From Candidatus Eiseniibacteriota bacterium (GTDB lineage: Bacteria; Eisenbacteria; RBG-16-71-46; JABDJR01): a stretch of DNA of 64,000 nt. Position numbers and translations under genes: made by a program. Within the stretch, counting starts at the first letter, position 1, and each line of letters opens with the position of its first letter. Of the stretch, positions 8,237-21,255 are shown piece after piece. The stretch lies in the NCBI GenBank assembly GCA_963762255.1, contig CAVXKA010000001.1, positions 736,001 through 800,000 on the forward strand. The letters are read 5' to 3'. Below the pieces are notes generated by a model that saw only the letters and a list, made by a program, of their open reading frames with translations, searched no databases and was not told the DNA's origin.

Positions 8237-10869
8237 TCGTTCTCCTCGCCGTCATCCTCGTCTTCTTCGATGTCGATGTCGTCGTCGAGGTCGACGTCCT
8301 CCTCGTCTTCGGTCAGGTCGTCGTCCCCCGCGCCGTCCCCCTCGATCGCCTCGTCGTCCTCGGCGACGTCCTCCAACCCCTTGACGGCGCCGGCTGCGGC
8401 CGCCCCGCCACCACCCACGACGCCGGCCTCCTCTTCGTCGTCCTTCACGATGCGGGCGACATCGGCCACGGTATCGCCGGCCTCGAGGTTGATCAGGCGG
8501 ACCCCCTGGGTGTTGCGGCCGAGCACCGAGACGTCGTGGATGGGGAGCCGGATCACGATGCCGTTGCGACTCGTGATCATGAGTTCATCGTCGGACTTCA
8601 CCTCGCGGATCGCGATCAGCGTGCCGTTCCGCGTGGAGGGCTTGATGGTGATGATGCCCTTCCCGCCGCGGCCGGTCACGCGGTAGTCCTCGACCCGACT
8701 CCGCTTGCCGAACCCGTTGGCGGTCACGGCGAGGATCTCCGAGTCCTCGCGTTGCAAGACCACCATTCCGATGACGTCGTCCTGATCGGTGTCCAGGGTC
8801 ACGCCGCGCACGCCGCGCGTGTTGCGTCCCATGGACCGTACCTTGGATTCGTTGAATCGGATGGCCCTGCCGAGGCGCTTGGCCAGCACGACCTCCCTGC
8901 GCCCATCTGTGAGGACGACGTCGATGATCTCGTCCCCCTCGTCCAGCGCGATCGCGATGATGCCGTCGCGGCGGACGTTGGCGTACGCGGTGAGGTTGGT
9001 CTTCTTGACCTGCCCCTTCTTGGTCGCGAAGAGGAGGAAGTAGGCGGGATCGAAGTCCCGCACCGCGGCCACCGAAGCGATACGCTCGCCCGCCTTCAGC
9101 ATGACCAGGTTCACGATGGCCTTGCCCTTGGCGGTGCGGCCTCCCTGCGGAATCTCGTGGACCTTGAGCCAGTAGACGCGGCCCATGTTCGTGAACACGA
9201 GCACGTAGGAATGCGTCGACGCGATGAAGAGGTGCTCGACGAAGTCGTCCTCGCGGGTGGTCTGGCCGGTGACCCCGCGGCCGCCGCGGCGCTGGCGGCG
9301 GTAGGTGTTCACCGGGAGCCGCTTGATGTAGCCGAGGTGGCTGATGGTGATGACCATGTCCTCGTCGGCGATGAGATCCTCCACCGAGAACTCGCCCTCC
9401 GCCGACCGGATCTCCGTGCGGCGCCGGTCGCCGTACTTGGCCTTGAGTTCGACCATCTCCCCCTGGATGAGATCGAGCACCCGCCGCTCGCTAGCCAGGA
9501 TCGCCTTGTACTCGGCGATCAGGAGTTGCAGCTCCGCGTACTCCGCCTCGATCTTGCCGCGCTCGAGGCCGGTGAGGCGCGCCAGACGCATGTCGAGGAT
9601 CGCCTGAGCTTGCAGGTCCGAAAGCCCGAACTGCCGCATGAGGCCGTCCTTGGCCTCGGCGGGGTCCTTGCTGGCGCGGATGAGATGGACCACCGCGTCG
9701 ATGTTGTCGAGGGCGATGCGAAGCCCTTCCAGGATGTGGGCGCGCTTCTCCGCCTGATCGAGGTCGTACTGGGTCCGCCGGACGATGACCTCCCGGCGGT
9801 GCTCGATGAAGTGCCGGATCATCTCCTTCAGGGTCATGGTCACCGGCCGGTTGTTCACGAGGGCCAGCAAGTTGGCGCCGAAGGTCTGCTGCATCTGAGT
9901 GTGCTTGAAGAGCTGGTTCAGGATGACCTGGGAGGCCACGTCGCGCTTCAGCTCGATCACGATCCGCATGCCGTTGCGGTCGGACTCGTCGCGCAGATCG
10001 GAGACGCCGTTGATGGCGCCGGAACGCACGAGGTCGGCGATCTTCTCGAGGAGCGCCGACTTGTTGACCATGTACGGGATCTCGGTGACGAGAATGACCT
10101 CGCGGTTGTTCTCCATCACATCGATCGTGGCCCGCGCGCGAACGGTGATGAGCCCGCGGCCGGTGGCGTACGCACTGCGAATCCCATCCCGCCCCATGAT
10201 GATGCCGCCGGTGGGGAAGTCGGGGCCCGGCACGATCTGGAGCAGCTCCTCGTCGGTCAGGTCGGGGTTGTCGATCAGCTCCGACACCGCGTCGGCCACC
10301 TCGTTGAGGTTGTGCGGCGGCACGTTGGTGGCCATGCCCACCGCGATCCCGGCCGCGCCGTTGCAGAGCAGATTGGGGAAACGTCCGGGGAGCACCACCG
10401 GCTCCTCGCGGACGTTTTCGTAGTTGGGACGGAAATTGACGGTCTGCCGGTCGATCTCCGAGAGCATCTCCATGCCGACCGGGGAGAGGCGCGCCTCGGT
10501 GTACCGCTCGGCCGCTGCCGAATCGCCGTCGACGCTGCCAAAGTTCCCCTGGCCGTCCACCAGCGGGTAACGCAGCGAGAAGTTCTGGGCAAGACGCACC
10601 ATCGCGTCGTAGATCGCCGAGGTGCCGTGGGGGTGATAGTTACCGTTGACGTCCCCGGTGATCTTGGCGCTCTTGCGATACGGCCGATCCGGGGAAAGGT
10701 TGAGGTCGTTCATCGCGACCAGAATCCGGCGCTGCACCGGCTTCATACCGTCGCGCACATCGGGAAGCGCCCGGTTCACGATGACCGACATCGAGTAGTC
10801 GAGATACGCGGTGCGCATCTCATCTTCAATGGCCGCGGGAATCACGCGCTTCCCTGCTTCGTCTGCCAT
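8233..10869 (-). CDS. gyrA: DNA gyrase subunit A with long acidic C-terminal tail
   Basis: [21 protein letters not shown], catalytic RYTE, GyrA-box QRRGGRG. Confidence 0.97.
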   Translation of the reverse strand: MADEAGKRVIPAAIEDEMRTAYLDYSMSVIVNRALPDVRDGMKPVQRRILVAMNDLNLSPDRPYRKSAKITGDVNGNYHPHGTSAIYDAMVRLAQNFSLRYPLVDGQGNFGSVDGDSAAAERYTEARLSPVGMEMLSEIDRQTVNFRPNYENVREEPVVLPGRFPNLLCNGAAGIAVGMATNVPPHNLNEVADAVSELIDNPDLTDEELLQIVPGPDFPTGGIIMGRDGIRSAYATGRGLITVRARATIDVMENNREVILVTEIPYMVNKSALLEKIADLVRSGAINGVSDLRDESDRNGMRIVIELKRDVASQVILNQLFKHTQMQQTFGANLLALVNNRPVTMTLKEMIRHFIEHRREVIVRRTQYDLDQAEKRAHILEGLRIALDNIDAVVHLIRASKDPAEAKDGLMRQFGLSDLQAQAILDMRLARLTGLERGKIEAEYAELQLLIAEYKAILASERRVLDLIQGEMVELKAKYGDRRRTEIRSAEGEFSVEDLIADEDMVITISHLGYIKRLPVNTYRRQRRGGRGVTGQTTREDDFVEHLFIASTHSYVLVFTNMGRVYWLKVHEIPQGGRTAKGKAIVNLVMLKAGERIASVAAVRDFDPAYFLLFATKKGQVKKTNLTAYANVRRDGIIAIALDEGDEIIDVVLTDGRREVVLAKRLGRAIRFNESKVRSMGRNTRGVRGVTLDTDQDDVIGMVVLQREDSEILAVTANGFGKRSRVEDYRVTGRGGKGIITIKPSTRNGTLIAIREVKSDDELMITSRNGIVIRLPIHDVSVLGRNTQGVRLINLEAGDTVADVARIVKDDEEEAGVVGGGGAAAAGAVKGLEDVAEDDEAIEGDGAGDDDLTEDEEDVDLDDDIDIEEDEDDGEENE

Positions 10870-11133
10870 TCCAACTCCTTGGTCTTCAACGGGTTGCTAA
10901 TCGCGCCGAGCGGGTGGGGGCGGCCGTCGGGCCCGCGAGACACACGCCTGCCGGTGGGGGAATAAGCAGGGGTCGAAACGCTGAACCGAATCGTGGCCAG
11001 GACGGGTTGCCCCCCCGTCGCACAAGTCGGAATTGTATAGAGTTAGGCCGATTTCAACCAGCCTGTTTCTCGGGCCGGAGCGAGGCCGCGCCGGGGGCCG
11101 CGCAGCCCGCCTGAAGGCCGCGGGTCATCGTCC

Positions 11134-12297
11134 CTAGAGCGCGACCTTCGCCGCCCACCGCACCAGCGGGTAGCTCAGGCTGATGCTCTGCGACACACGG
11201 CCGTCCAGCTCCAGGAAGCGCCACTTCCATCCCAGGCCCAGGCTGATCTCCGGCTCGCGCAGGGAGCCCGCGGTGTCGCGACTTCGGGATGTATCCCCGG
11301 AAGAGATCCCCATGCCGAGCCGACGCTCATCGGTGATCGTGAAGGTCGCGGGCGCCACGACGCCTGCGCGTACGATGAGATCCTTGGACACTTCTTTCTC
11401 GCCGGACAGGAAGAGGTTTCCGCTGTAGACCGTCTTGCTGCTGGCGCGAATCTCGGTGGAGCTGTACCCGCCGCCCAGCGTCATGGTGGTCCGGTCGGAC
11501 CAACTGACGCTGGCCCCGATCACGAGATCGTCCAGCTTCTCGTGGCGCAATCGCCACCCGAGGTCCAGCGAAAGCGTCTTGCGCACCAGATCGACCGAAT
11601 ACGGCCCGCTCCATTTCGGCCGCAGATCTTCATAGGAGAACCGGGCCGCGGCGAGAAGCCCGGAGTCCACGGCGAGGGTGCGCAGGCCGATCTCTCCGCC
11701 GAGCCCCGAGTCGCCATCGAATCGCACCGACCCGGAATCGATGTCCCCGCCACTACCGAGCTGGTAGAACCTCGACTCGCCCTCGCTCTGGATCAGGGAG
11801 CCCGCCGTCGCGATCTCGAAGATGCGCCCGTTTTCGTCCCCGGCCCGCCATCCCAGACCCAGCCGAAACGCCCGTTCGGCGTTCTCGGAACGATTGGCAT
11901 TCTCGGAATTCACTTCGAGCCCCGTGCCGGTTGCGCCACGGTGGAAGTAGACCCTGTCATCCTCACTGCTCGAATAGCCATCCCGAAAACCGAGGGTCAT
12001 TCCCCATCGCGAAGGCCCGCTCACGATCAGGTTATGGGTCTTGCCGTCCACGAGGTAGCCGTAACGAAAGCTCTCTCCCATCAGAACCAGGGCCAGGTCG
12101 TCATCCAGTAGCACCTCGGATCCGTTCATTCCCGCAAGGGCCGGGTAGAGGAACAGCACCGAGGCGTCCGAGGCAAGACCGCCCGGAAGCGCGCGGGATT
12201 CGAGCGCCGCTCGCGATGCGCGGGCCGGTGCCGCCGCGAGAAGAACGCCCACTGCCAGGACCCAAACCATCATCCATTGCCGCATTGTCGTCATCAT
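11134..12297 (-). CDS. Putative outer-membrane beta-barrel protein (paralog A)
   Basis: Signal peptide, alternating amphipathic strands, C-terminal WAAKVAL. Start assigned by the GAAGGAG SD. Paralogous to 12309..13556. Confidence 0.65.
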   Translation of the reverse strand: MMTTMRQWMMVWVLAVGVLLAAAPARASRAALESRALPGGLASDASVLFLYPALAGMNGSEVLLDDDLALVLMGESFRYGYLVDGKTHNLIVSGPSRWGMTLGFRDGYSSSEDDRVYFHRGATGTGLEVNSENANRSENAERAFRLGLGWRAGDENGRIFEIATAGSLIQSEGESRFYQLGSGGDIDSGSVRFDGDSGLGGEIGLRTLAVDSGLLAAARFSYEDLRPKWSGPYSVDLVRKTLSLDLGWRLRHEKLDDLVIGASVSWSDRTTMTLGGGYSSTEIRASSKTVYSGNLFLSGEKEVSKDLIVRAGVVAPATFTITDERRLGMGISSGDTSRSRDTAGSLREPEISLGLGWKWRFLELDGRVSQSISLSYPLVRWAAKVAL

Positions 12298-12308
12298 CCC
12301 GCGCTCCT

Positions 12309-13556
12309 TCAGAAGGACACCCGCGCAGCCCATCGCATGAGGGGTGCGTCCCAAGAGAAATCGTTCTGGACCCATGCCTCCACGTCGAGTGATCGCCATC
12401 GCCAGCCGCCCCCCAATCGGATGTCCGGCCCAAACATCGCCTGCATCACCTTGCGTGTGTTGACGACCTCCCACTCGGGGTCGCCGAGTTTGTAGGGTTC
12501 GACCGGGGAGGCATACTCCCGCTCGGTGACATCCCTCATGAACGGGGTACGCACGCCGCCTCGGAGGGTGAGGAAATCGCCCACGCGCTCTTGCATGGAG
12601 ATGAAGACCACCCCCGTCCAATCGGTCGAGACCGTGTGGTCCACCGTTACGGCTTTGGGTTCCACCCGGGGCTTGGATTCCTCAGAACGAGAGCGCAGCA
12701 CCTCGATGCCCACCAGCACCTCATCCACCGCGCCCGGACGCATACGCCAACCCGATTGCAGGACGCCTTGCTCGAAGGAATCCGTCCACCCCGGCCGCCC
12801 CGAGTTCCGAGCATCCCATCGATCCCGACGATAGTGCGCGGCGAGAAGAAGCCCGGGGCGCGAGGTCGCCGTGCGCGCGGCCACCTCGAATCGGACCCCG
12901 CCGCGCAGGTCCCAGGTTTCGGGTTGCCTGGTGGCGATCGAGTCCGTCGGGTCCTCCCCCCACCACTCGGTGGTCCCATCCACGACCCCGCCGGCCATCG
13001 CCACCTCGAAGGTGCGTCCCGAGGGGCTCCGCATCATCCACTCGGCACCCACCCGCGCTTCTCGGGTCTTGAGTTCATTGCCGTAATGCGAGCCCCACGT
13101 CAGCGAGTCGTGCATCCAGACGCTTTCGTACTCGTTTCCGGCCACATACTGCCGCCATCCAAAGGAGAGCCCCCAACCGCCGACACCGGCCAGAAGGAGC
13201 GTGTGCGTGTCCCCGTCAAGAAGGTAGCCCGCACGGAGCGCCCCGCGCCCCGCCAGAGCAAGCGCGAAGTCTTGCCGCGCCGTGTCCTCGACGTACCACG
13301 AGTCTTCCCCGCCGACATTCGCCACAAGGCTTGAACCCCAGACCTCCCGCCGGTCATAGAGCAGGCACGCGGCAAATCCGGACGCGGAAGCAGGAAAGAG
13401 CGCCAGCGATCCCTCATCCGGGGCGAGAAGATCCGGAAGGGCCTTGGCGGCCAACGCAGTCGGCGTTGCCCCGACTCGACGCGCGGGGCCGGCCAGACTC
13501 GACACCATCGTCAGGAGGCCGACCACCCCGACGACGATGCCCCTGCCCAGCCTCAT
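12309..13556 (-). CDS. Putative outer-membrane beta-barrel protein (paralog B)
   Basis: Signal peptide, C-terminal WAARVSF beta-signal-like end, AGGAGG SD. Confidence 0.7.
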   Translation of the reverse strand: MRLGRGIVVGVVGLLTMVSSLAGPARRVGATPTALAAKALPDLLAPDEGSLALFPASASGFAACLLYDRREVWGSSLVANVGGEDSWYVEDTARQDFALALAGRGALRAGYLLDGDTHTLLLAGVGGWGLSFGWRQYVAGNEYESVWMHDSLTWGSHYGNELKTREARVGAEWMMRSPSGRTFEVAMAGGVVDGTTEWWGEDPTDSIATRQPETWDLRGGVRFEVAARTATSRPGLLLAAHYRRDRWDARNSGRPGWTDSFEQGVLQSGWRMRPGAVDEVLVGIEVLRSRSEESKPRVEPKAVTVDHTVSTDWTGVVFISMQERVGDFLTLRGGVRTPFMRDVTEREYASPVEPYKLGDPEWEVVNTRKVMQAMFGPDIRLGGGWRWRSLDVEAWVQNDFSWDAPLMRWAARVSF

Positions 13557-13566
13557 ACCGCCCCTC

Positions 13567-14529
13567 CTATACATGATTACGGAGCATCAACTCTTTGGGG
13601 TGTGGATCGAGGTACGCCTGACCCAGAAGATACTCCTGGTTCCCTGCCCGTGCGTGATGCCGGATCAGCGTGATGGGGACGATGAGCGGCACGAGACCGG
13701 TTCGGTAGTCGTCGACGACCTGGGTCAGCTCCGCGCGCGAAGCCGCATCCAGGTCCCGCTTGAAGTAGCCCGCCATGTGCTGCAGCACGTTGGTGTGCTT
13801 GCGCACGGTCGTGCGCTCGGCAACGGCCTGCATGAACGCGGTCCCGTACTGCGCCTTCGCCGCAGCGGCCCCCAGTTCCTTAGCCCGCGCCACGAGGCGC
13901 CCGAGTTCCACGTATCGCTTCGGACTGTGGGAAAGCAGGAGCAGCTTGTGTGCGGTGTGGAAGGCCACCAGCCGCCCCGTCGTGTACCGCTCATTCAGGA
14001 AGTCCATCCATCGGCGGTAGGCGAAGACGCGCTCGATGAAGTTCTCGCGCAGCACGGGGTCGTTGAGGCGCCCCTCCTCCTCAACCGGCAGAAGCGGGTA
14101 TCGCTCCATGAGGGCGCACGCAAAGAGCCCCACGCCGCCGCGGCCCGGCACCCGCCCCTCGGCGCCGTACACCTTCACCCGCTCCATGCCGCAACTCGGG
14201 GAATTCTTCTTGAGGATGTACCCGCAGAGCCCCGCCGAGTCCAGCTCCTCTGCGCGCCGGCGCGAGTAGGCTTCCATGGCCCGCGTGTGATCCGTGCCGG
14301 ACCGCGTTCCCACCATGCGCGGTGAGGCGGGCTCTCCCTGCAAGCGCACCGGCTCTCGGGGAATGCCCATCCCCACCTCGACCTCGGGACAGACGGGGAC
14401 GTACGTGACGAAGCGGCCGAGCGTGTCGGTGAGAAACGGATCCCGCTTGTGGCCGCCGTCGAAGCGCACCTGCTCGCCGAGAAGGCACTGCGAGATCCCG
14501 ATGCGGATCGCCTGCCCCGCGGCCTCCAC
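13567..14529 (-). CDS. DUF523 (2-thiouracil desulfurase-like) + DUF1722 YbgA-family protein
   Basis: GISQCLLGEQVRFDGGHK, CPEVEVGMGIPRE, KKNSPSCG, and C-terminal YLDPHPKELMLRNHV. Confidence 0.88.
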   Translation of the reverse strand: MEAAGQAIRIGISQCLLGEQVRFDGGHKRDPFLTDTLGRFVTYVPVCPEVEVGMGIPREPVRLQGEPASPRMVGTRSGTDHTRAMEAYSRRRAEELDSAGLCGYILKKNSPSCGMERVKVYGAEGRVPGRGGVGLFACALMERYPLLPVEEEGRLNDPVLRENFIERVFAYRRWMDFLNERYTTGRLVAFHTAHKLLLLSHSPKRYVELGRLVARAKELGAAAAKAQYGTAFMQAVAERTTVRKHTNVLQHMAGYFKRDLDAASRAELTQVVDDYRTGLVPLIVPITLIRHHARAGNQEYLLGQAYLDPHPKELMLRNHV

Positions 14530-14538
14530 GCCAGTCGC

Positions 14539-16786
<2,248 letters not shown>

Positions 16787-16860
16787 GCTTCGATGTCACT
16801 TGCGGACGAGCGCCCGCGGGCCGCGTGGCCGACCGGACCGCGATACGCCGTCGCCGGTGA

Positions 16861-17973
16861 TCACGCCTCCTGGAGCCGCAGCGGCATGACGAGGCAAAGC
16901 AGATCCTCGTTGGCCGCCTGTTGCACCGGTCGGAGAATCCCCGGGCTCAACGCAGTGTTCAGTTCGAGCTGCACGTCGGTGCCATCCATGGTCCGCAAGG
17001 CTTCCAAGAGGTACGCTGCGTTGTAGCCCACCGCGAGCGGCTCCCCGGCGTACTGGACCGTCACCATCTCCTGGCCTTCCCCGACGTCGGCCGTGCTCAC
17101 GCTCAAGTCCATCCGATTGGTGTTCACGCTCACCTTGATCTGGCGAGTCACGCTGTCGGAGAGTACGGCCACGCGGCGGAGGGCGGCGATGAGCTCGTCG
17201 CGGCGAATCGTGAGCTTCTTGGGGTTGTCCTTGGGAATGACCTGTTCGTACTGGGGGAAGTTTCCGTCGATGAGCCGCGAGAAGACGGTGGTAGGCCCCA
17301 CTTCGAAGACGGCGAAGTTCTTGCTCACGGCCAGGTTGATCGTCGCCTGACCGGCCGCCAATCGGACCACTTGTCCCAGAGCCTTCGGCGGAATGAGCAG
17401 GTCGCGGCCTTCCAGACCCTTGAACTCACCCTTGAAGGTAGCCTTGGCGAGCCGGTGCCCGTCGGTGGCGATCATTCTCAACTCGCCGCCCTTGAACTGC
17501 AGCAGGGCTCCGGTCAGGTTCTGGCGGGTCTCGTCGGTTCCGACGGAATACGTGGTCCGCCGAACCGCCTTATCGAGAGTCTCCGTCGGAAGGGTAACCA
17601 TCTTCTCCGCATCGACCTGGGGAAGGTGGGGAAAATCCTCCGGTCCCATGCCCACGATGGAGAACGTGCCGTTGGCGCAGGAAAGCTTCATTTTGGCGTC
17701 TTTGACGGTTACCTTGATGTCCGCATCGGGCAGCTCGCGAACAATCTCTCCCATCCGCTTGGCGGGTACGGTGACCCGACCGGTCTCCGTGACTTCGGCT
17801 TCGCCGCGGGTGCGAATCGAGATATCAAGGTCGGTCGCGACAAGCGTCAGGCCTTCCTTGTCGGCTTCGATGAGAATGTTCGAGAGGATGGGGAGGGTGC
17901 TCTTGGCCGGCACCGCACTGACTACGATTTGCAGGAGCTCCTGCAGGGCTCCCTTGGAAATGGAGAACTTCAT
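16861..17973 (-). CDS. dnaN: DNA polymerase III beta clamp
   Basis: LPILSNILI, ATDLD, ATDGHRLA, RLIDGNFPQY, VMPLRL. Confidence 0.97.
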   Translation of the reverse strand: MKFSISKGALQELLQIVVSAVPAKSTLPILSNILIEADKEGLTLVATDLDISIRTRGEAEVTETGRVTVPAKRMGEIVRELPDADIKVTVKDAKMKLSCANGTFSIVGMGPEDFPHLPQVDAEKMVTLPTETLDKAVRRTTYSVGTDETRQNLTGALLQFKGGELRMIATDGHRLAKATFKGEFKGLEGRDLLIPPKALGQVVRLAAGQATINLAVSKNFAVFEVGPTTVFSRLIDGNFPQYEQVIPKDNPKKLTIRRDELIAALRRVAVLSDSVTRQIKVSVNTNRMDLSVSTADVGEGQEMVTVQYAGEPLAVGYNAAYLLEALRTMDGTDVQLELNTALSPGILRPVQQAANEDLLCLVMPLRLQEA

Positions 17974-18199
17974 TCTGGATTCCCTTCACTCCGATCGGAA
18001 CGAACCTGACGAGCCTGGTGCGTTCGCATGAGGCGGGGTCACTAAACTCGAACCGGGATTATAGCCCCCGTTTCCGTCGTTTCACAAGGCTCCTTCCCCT
18101 CAATAACGCGTTGTCACGAAGCCAGATGAGTCACCTCCGCGTATGCGGGAAACAACCCTTCCCCTCTCGTGCATCGCGGTCCTGGGGAGAACAGGTCTC

Positions 18200-18400
18200 C
18201 TTCTTCCTATAGGTATTAGAAAGGTAGTTGTAGTAGTAGGGAACCAAAAACGGTGGAGAACCGACAGGGTCTCAATGAAAGCGTTGCTGCTTGCCGTGTT
18301 ACCTGTTCGGCACCTGTCACCGCTTCTCCCCAGCTTTCCGGACTTCTCCCCGGAGACTCGGTCCAACCCGAGCTCCGGGGAGGTTGTCCACGTCTTTTCC
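18200..18400. promoter_or_regulatory. oriC unwinding module: DnaA-trios, AT-rich patch and relaxed DnaA boxes
   Basis: TAGTTGTAGTAGTAG at 18225-18239 (DnaA-trio repeats) next to box GGTGGAGAA (18252-18260). Other box-like sites TTCTCCCCA and TTGTCCACG. Lies between dnaA and dnaN. Confidence 0.75.
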
Positions 18401-18406
18401 GGAACG

Positions 18407-19765
18407 TTACGACCTTCCGCGCAACCGCTCTTCCAGCTCTTCCACCGTACGCTTGTATTCGGGATCGACATCCATCATCTCGCGCACGCGCTCGCACGCG
18501 TAGAGAACGGTCGTGTGATCGCGACCGCCAAATGCCTTGCCGACATCCGTGAGAGCCATCTCGGTGAGACTGCGACAGATATACATCGCGGTCTGCCGAG
18601 GGACCACGATCACGTTCGTGCGTCGCTTTCCCTTGAGCGATTCCACGGTGGTGTGGAACTGCTGGGCGACCGCTTTGCTGATCGCGGCAGCGTCGGGACG
18701 GGAGGCCTTGCCGCCGCGCATGAAGTCGGTGAGGACATGGTTGGCCAGATCCACCGAGATCGTGCTGCCGGTCAGGGTGGCGACCGCTACCAGCCGGACG
18801 AGAGATCCCTCAAGTTCACGGATGTTGGAGCGGACGTTTTCAGCGATGAGGAGTGCGACATCCTCGGGGAGGTGGACGCTTTCGGTTTCCGCCTTCTTGC
18901 GGAGGATGGCCACCCGCGTCTCGAGATCGGGCGGCTGGAGATCGGCCACCAGGCCCCAGTGAAAGCGGCTCACCAGCCGCTCTTCCAGCATCCGGATCTC
19001 CTTCGGCGGCCGGTCGCTGGTCATGACGATCTGCTTCTTGGACTCGTACAAGGCGTTGAAGGTGTGGAAGAACTCCTCCTGCGTGCTTTCCTTGCCGGCC
19101 AGAAACTGGATGTCGTCGATGAGGAGAAAGTCCGCGCTGCGGTACTTGCGCTTGAAATCCAGCGTCTTGTTGTTCTGGATCGAGTAGATCATCTCGTAGG
19201 TGAACTTCTCGCTGGACACGTAGTACACCCGGGCAGTGGGGCGGCGGGCGAGGGCTGCGTTTCCGATGGCCTGCATGAGATGGGTCTTGCCCATCCCCAC
19301 TCCGCCATATAGGAAAAGGGGGTTGTAGGAAGTAGCGGGATTCTCCGCTACGGCCTTGCATGCGGCGTGGGCGAGTTGGTTGCTCTTGCCGACCACGAAG
19401 CTCTCGAACGTGTACTTCGGGTCCAGCCGAGGCGCCTCCTCGAACACTCGCGGGGGGCGGGGCGCGCCGGGGCGAGGGGCCGGCGACTCGTGCACCGAGT
19501 GCACCTCGAGGAGGGGATCCACTTTGAAGCGAATGTCGCGGCCGTCGCCGTAGGTCCGTGTCGCGGCGCGACGTAGTACGTCGAGGTAGTTCTCGGAGAG
19601 CCATTCAGCGGCGAACTGGTTGGGCACCCCGATGGTGAGCTTCTCATCGTCGATGGAATCGAAACGAATGGGGCGGAACCAGGTCTCGTAGGCCTGGTCC
19701 TGGACGCGAGATCGCACCTCCTGCAGGAACATCCGCCAGTCGGGAGACAGGGGCTCTGTTGCCAT
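18407..19765 (-). CDS. dnaA: Chromosomal replication initiator DnaA
   Basis: [42 protein letters not shown]. Confidence 0.98.
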   Translation of the reverse strand: MATEPLSPDWRMFLQEVRSRVQDQAYETWFRPIRFDSIDDEKLTIGVPNQFAAEWLSENYLDVLRRAATRTYGDGRDIRFKVDPLLEVHSVHESPAPRPGAPRPPRVFEEAPRLDPKYTFESFVVGKSNQLAHAACKAVAENPATSYNPLFLYGGVGMGKTHLMQAIGNAALARRPTARVYYVSSEKFTYEMIYSIQNNKTLDFKRKYRSADFLLIDDIQFLAGKESTQEEFFHTFNALYESKKQIVMTSDRPPKEIRMLEERLVSRFHWGLVADLQPPDLETRVAILRKKAETESVHLPEDVALLIAENVRSNIRELEGSLVRLVAVATLTGSTISVDLANHVLTDFMRGGKASRPDAAAISKAVAQQFHTTVESLKGKRRTNVIVVPRQTAMYICRSLTEMALTDVGKAFGGRDHTTVLYACERVREMMDVDPEYKRTVEELEERLRGRS

Positions 19766-19789
19766 GGACGGGGGACTCCTTCATGCGTG

Positions 19790-20260
19790 TTATCCACAGC
19801 GCCGCGCACAAGCCGAGCGCGCAGGCGCCGGACGAGTTAGGTCTGCTCGGGGGGCGTTCAGCGAGGCACAGGGGCCCGGTGAGCGCCACCCCCTTTCCAC
19901 AGCTGTGGAAAGGGCCACAACGTGAAGCCGTGTTTGCGTTTAGGTCTTGATCGAGGGTGCCGGGGGCTCGGGGTTGTCCACAGGTGCGAGTGACCCCGGA
20001 GGGGGATTCCTGAGTCACACCTTAAACCCTTGTGCTCCAGAAGCTTAGAAGCAATGAAACCGTGGCTGAACCTCGGTTTCGAGCGTTGCGGCAGGATAGC
20101 ACAGGCCCCTGGGGCCCTCAACTCGAAATCCGGGGGGTGTGCGCAGCACTTAACTCATTATGTATGAATAGAATACATCGTTATTTTCGCGTTCAGTCTT
20201 ACGCGAGCCGCAGAGAAGTCCAGAATGTGGAATATTCACCAGATGACCGGGATTCCACAA
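19790..20260. promoter_or_regulatory. DnaA-box cluster upstream of dnaA (bipartite oriC / autoregulation)
   Basis: TTATCCACA at 19790-19798; palindromic pair CTTTCCACA/TGTGGAAAG at 19893-19912; TTGTCCACA at 19974-19982; AT-rich patch 20150-20190. Confidence 0.8.
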
Positions 20261-20428
20261 CGCGGGGGTGGGCTTGAGATTAACCTCGTGGACCACCCGC
20301 TCGCGGCTTGACTCGAGCGCGCCCGAATCGTACTCTCTTTCGTCCTGTCCCGAATCAGGCACTTTGTGCCGCCGAGGACCCGCCCCGGGGTTCTCCGAAC
20401 CCTACCACCGAACTTATGGGGGAGCATC

Positions 20429-20563
20429 GTGAAACGCACCTTCCAACCGCACAATCGCAGGCGCAAGAAGAAGCACGGCTTTCGTGCGCGCATGAAGACG
20501 AAGGGCGGACGCCTTGTCTTGAAGCGCCGCCGCGCCAAGGGCAGAGCCCGGCTCGTCGTGTAG
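20429..20563 (+). CDS. rpmH: 50S ribosomal protein L34
   Basis: (M)[27 protein letters not shown]. Confidence 0.97.
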   Translation: MKRTFQPHNRRRKKKHGFRARMKTKGGRLVLKRRRAKGRARLVV

Positions 20564-20976
20564 TGTCCCTTGACGGGGCACGTCGAGGGGATCGCGATCT
20601 AGGCCTCGATCGGAGCCAGCGGCTTCACCGAACCGGCGAGTTTCAACGCGTTTACCGCGAAGGTGTCTCCTTCCCCGGCCGGTTCCAGGTTCTCTTCGTT
20701 CTGCGCGCCCCTGAACTCCAGCGCAAGGCCGGCTTCGTGGCCGGTCGCAGGGTGGGCAACGCGGTGCGGCGCGCGCGGTCCAAGCGACTCATGCGCGAAG
20801 CCTACCGGCGCCTCAAGGTCGAACTCCCCGAGTCAGGTCTGAATTTGGTGCTCGTGGCCCGGGTCGGGTGCGCCCAAGCCGGCGGGGCCGCTGTTGCGAC
20901 AGACCTCTCCGCCCTTCTGCGGCGGGCCGGCCTGTCGCCCCCCTCATCGGGCTCGGCTGAGCCCGGGGGACGCTGA
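20563..20976 (+). CDS. rnpA: Ribonuclease P protein component
   Basis: [31 protein letters not shown] (RNR-like motif); follows rpmH. Start approximate. Confidence 0.9.
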   Translation: MSLDGARRGDRDLGLDRSQRLHRTGEFQRVYREGVSFPGRFQVLFVLRAPELQRKAGFVAGRRVGNAVRRARSKRLMREAYRRLKVELPESGLNLVLVARVGCAQAGGAAVATDLSALLRRAGLSPPSSGSAEPGGR

Positions 20977-20978
20977 GG

Positions 20979-21233
20979 TTGAACGGACACGCATTGGATC
21001 GATTCCCTGACTCGTTCCTCTCCCGAGCCGCGATCACGCTGCTTCGCGCTTACCAGCGGCTGGTGTCCCCGCTCTTCCCTCCGTCCTGCCGCTTTTCCCC
21101 GAGTTGTTCGCAGTACGCCGTGGAGGCGATCCAGCGGTTCGGAGTGTTCCGAGGCGGCTGGATGACTCTGCGGCGCCTTCTGCGTTGTCATCCCTTTCAT
21201 CCCGGAGGCCACGACCCCGTCGAGGGGCCCTAG
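20979..21233 (+). CDS. yidD: Membrane protein insertion efficiency factor
   Basis: [25 protein letters not shown]. Confidence 0.93.
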   Translation: MNGHALDRFPDSFLSRAAITLLRAYQRLVSPLFPPSCRFSPSCSQYAVEAIQRFGVFRGGWMTLRRLLRCHPFHPGGHDPVEGP

Positions 21234-21255
21234 CCGCGAAGCCCCGAGGAGATCC

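Noticed and set aside
8536-10965. Long ORFs antisense to real genes (e.g. 8536..10965, 14449..16056, 35803..37197, 61216..63936)
   Set aside because: Shadow ORFs caused by high-GC codon bias opposite gyrA, gyrB, nadE and the TonB locus.
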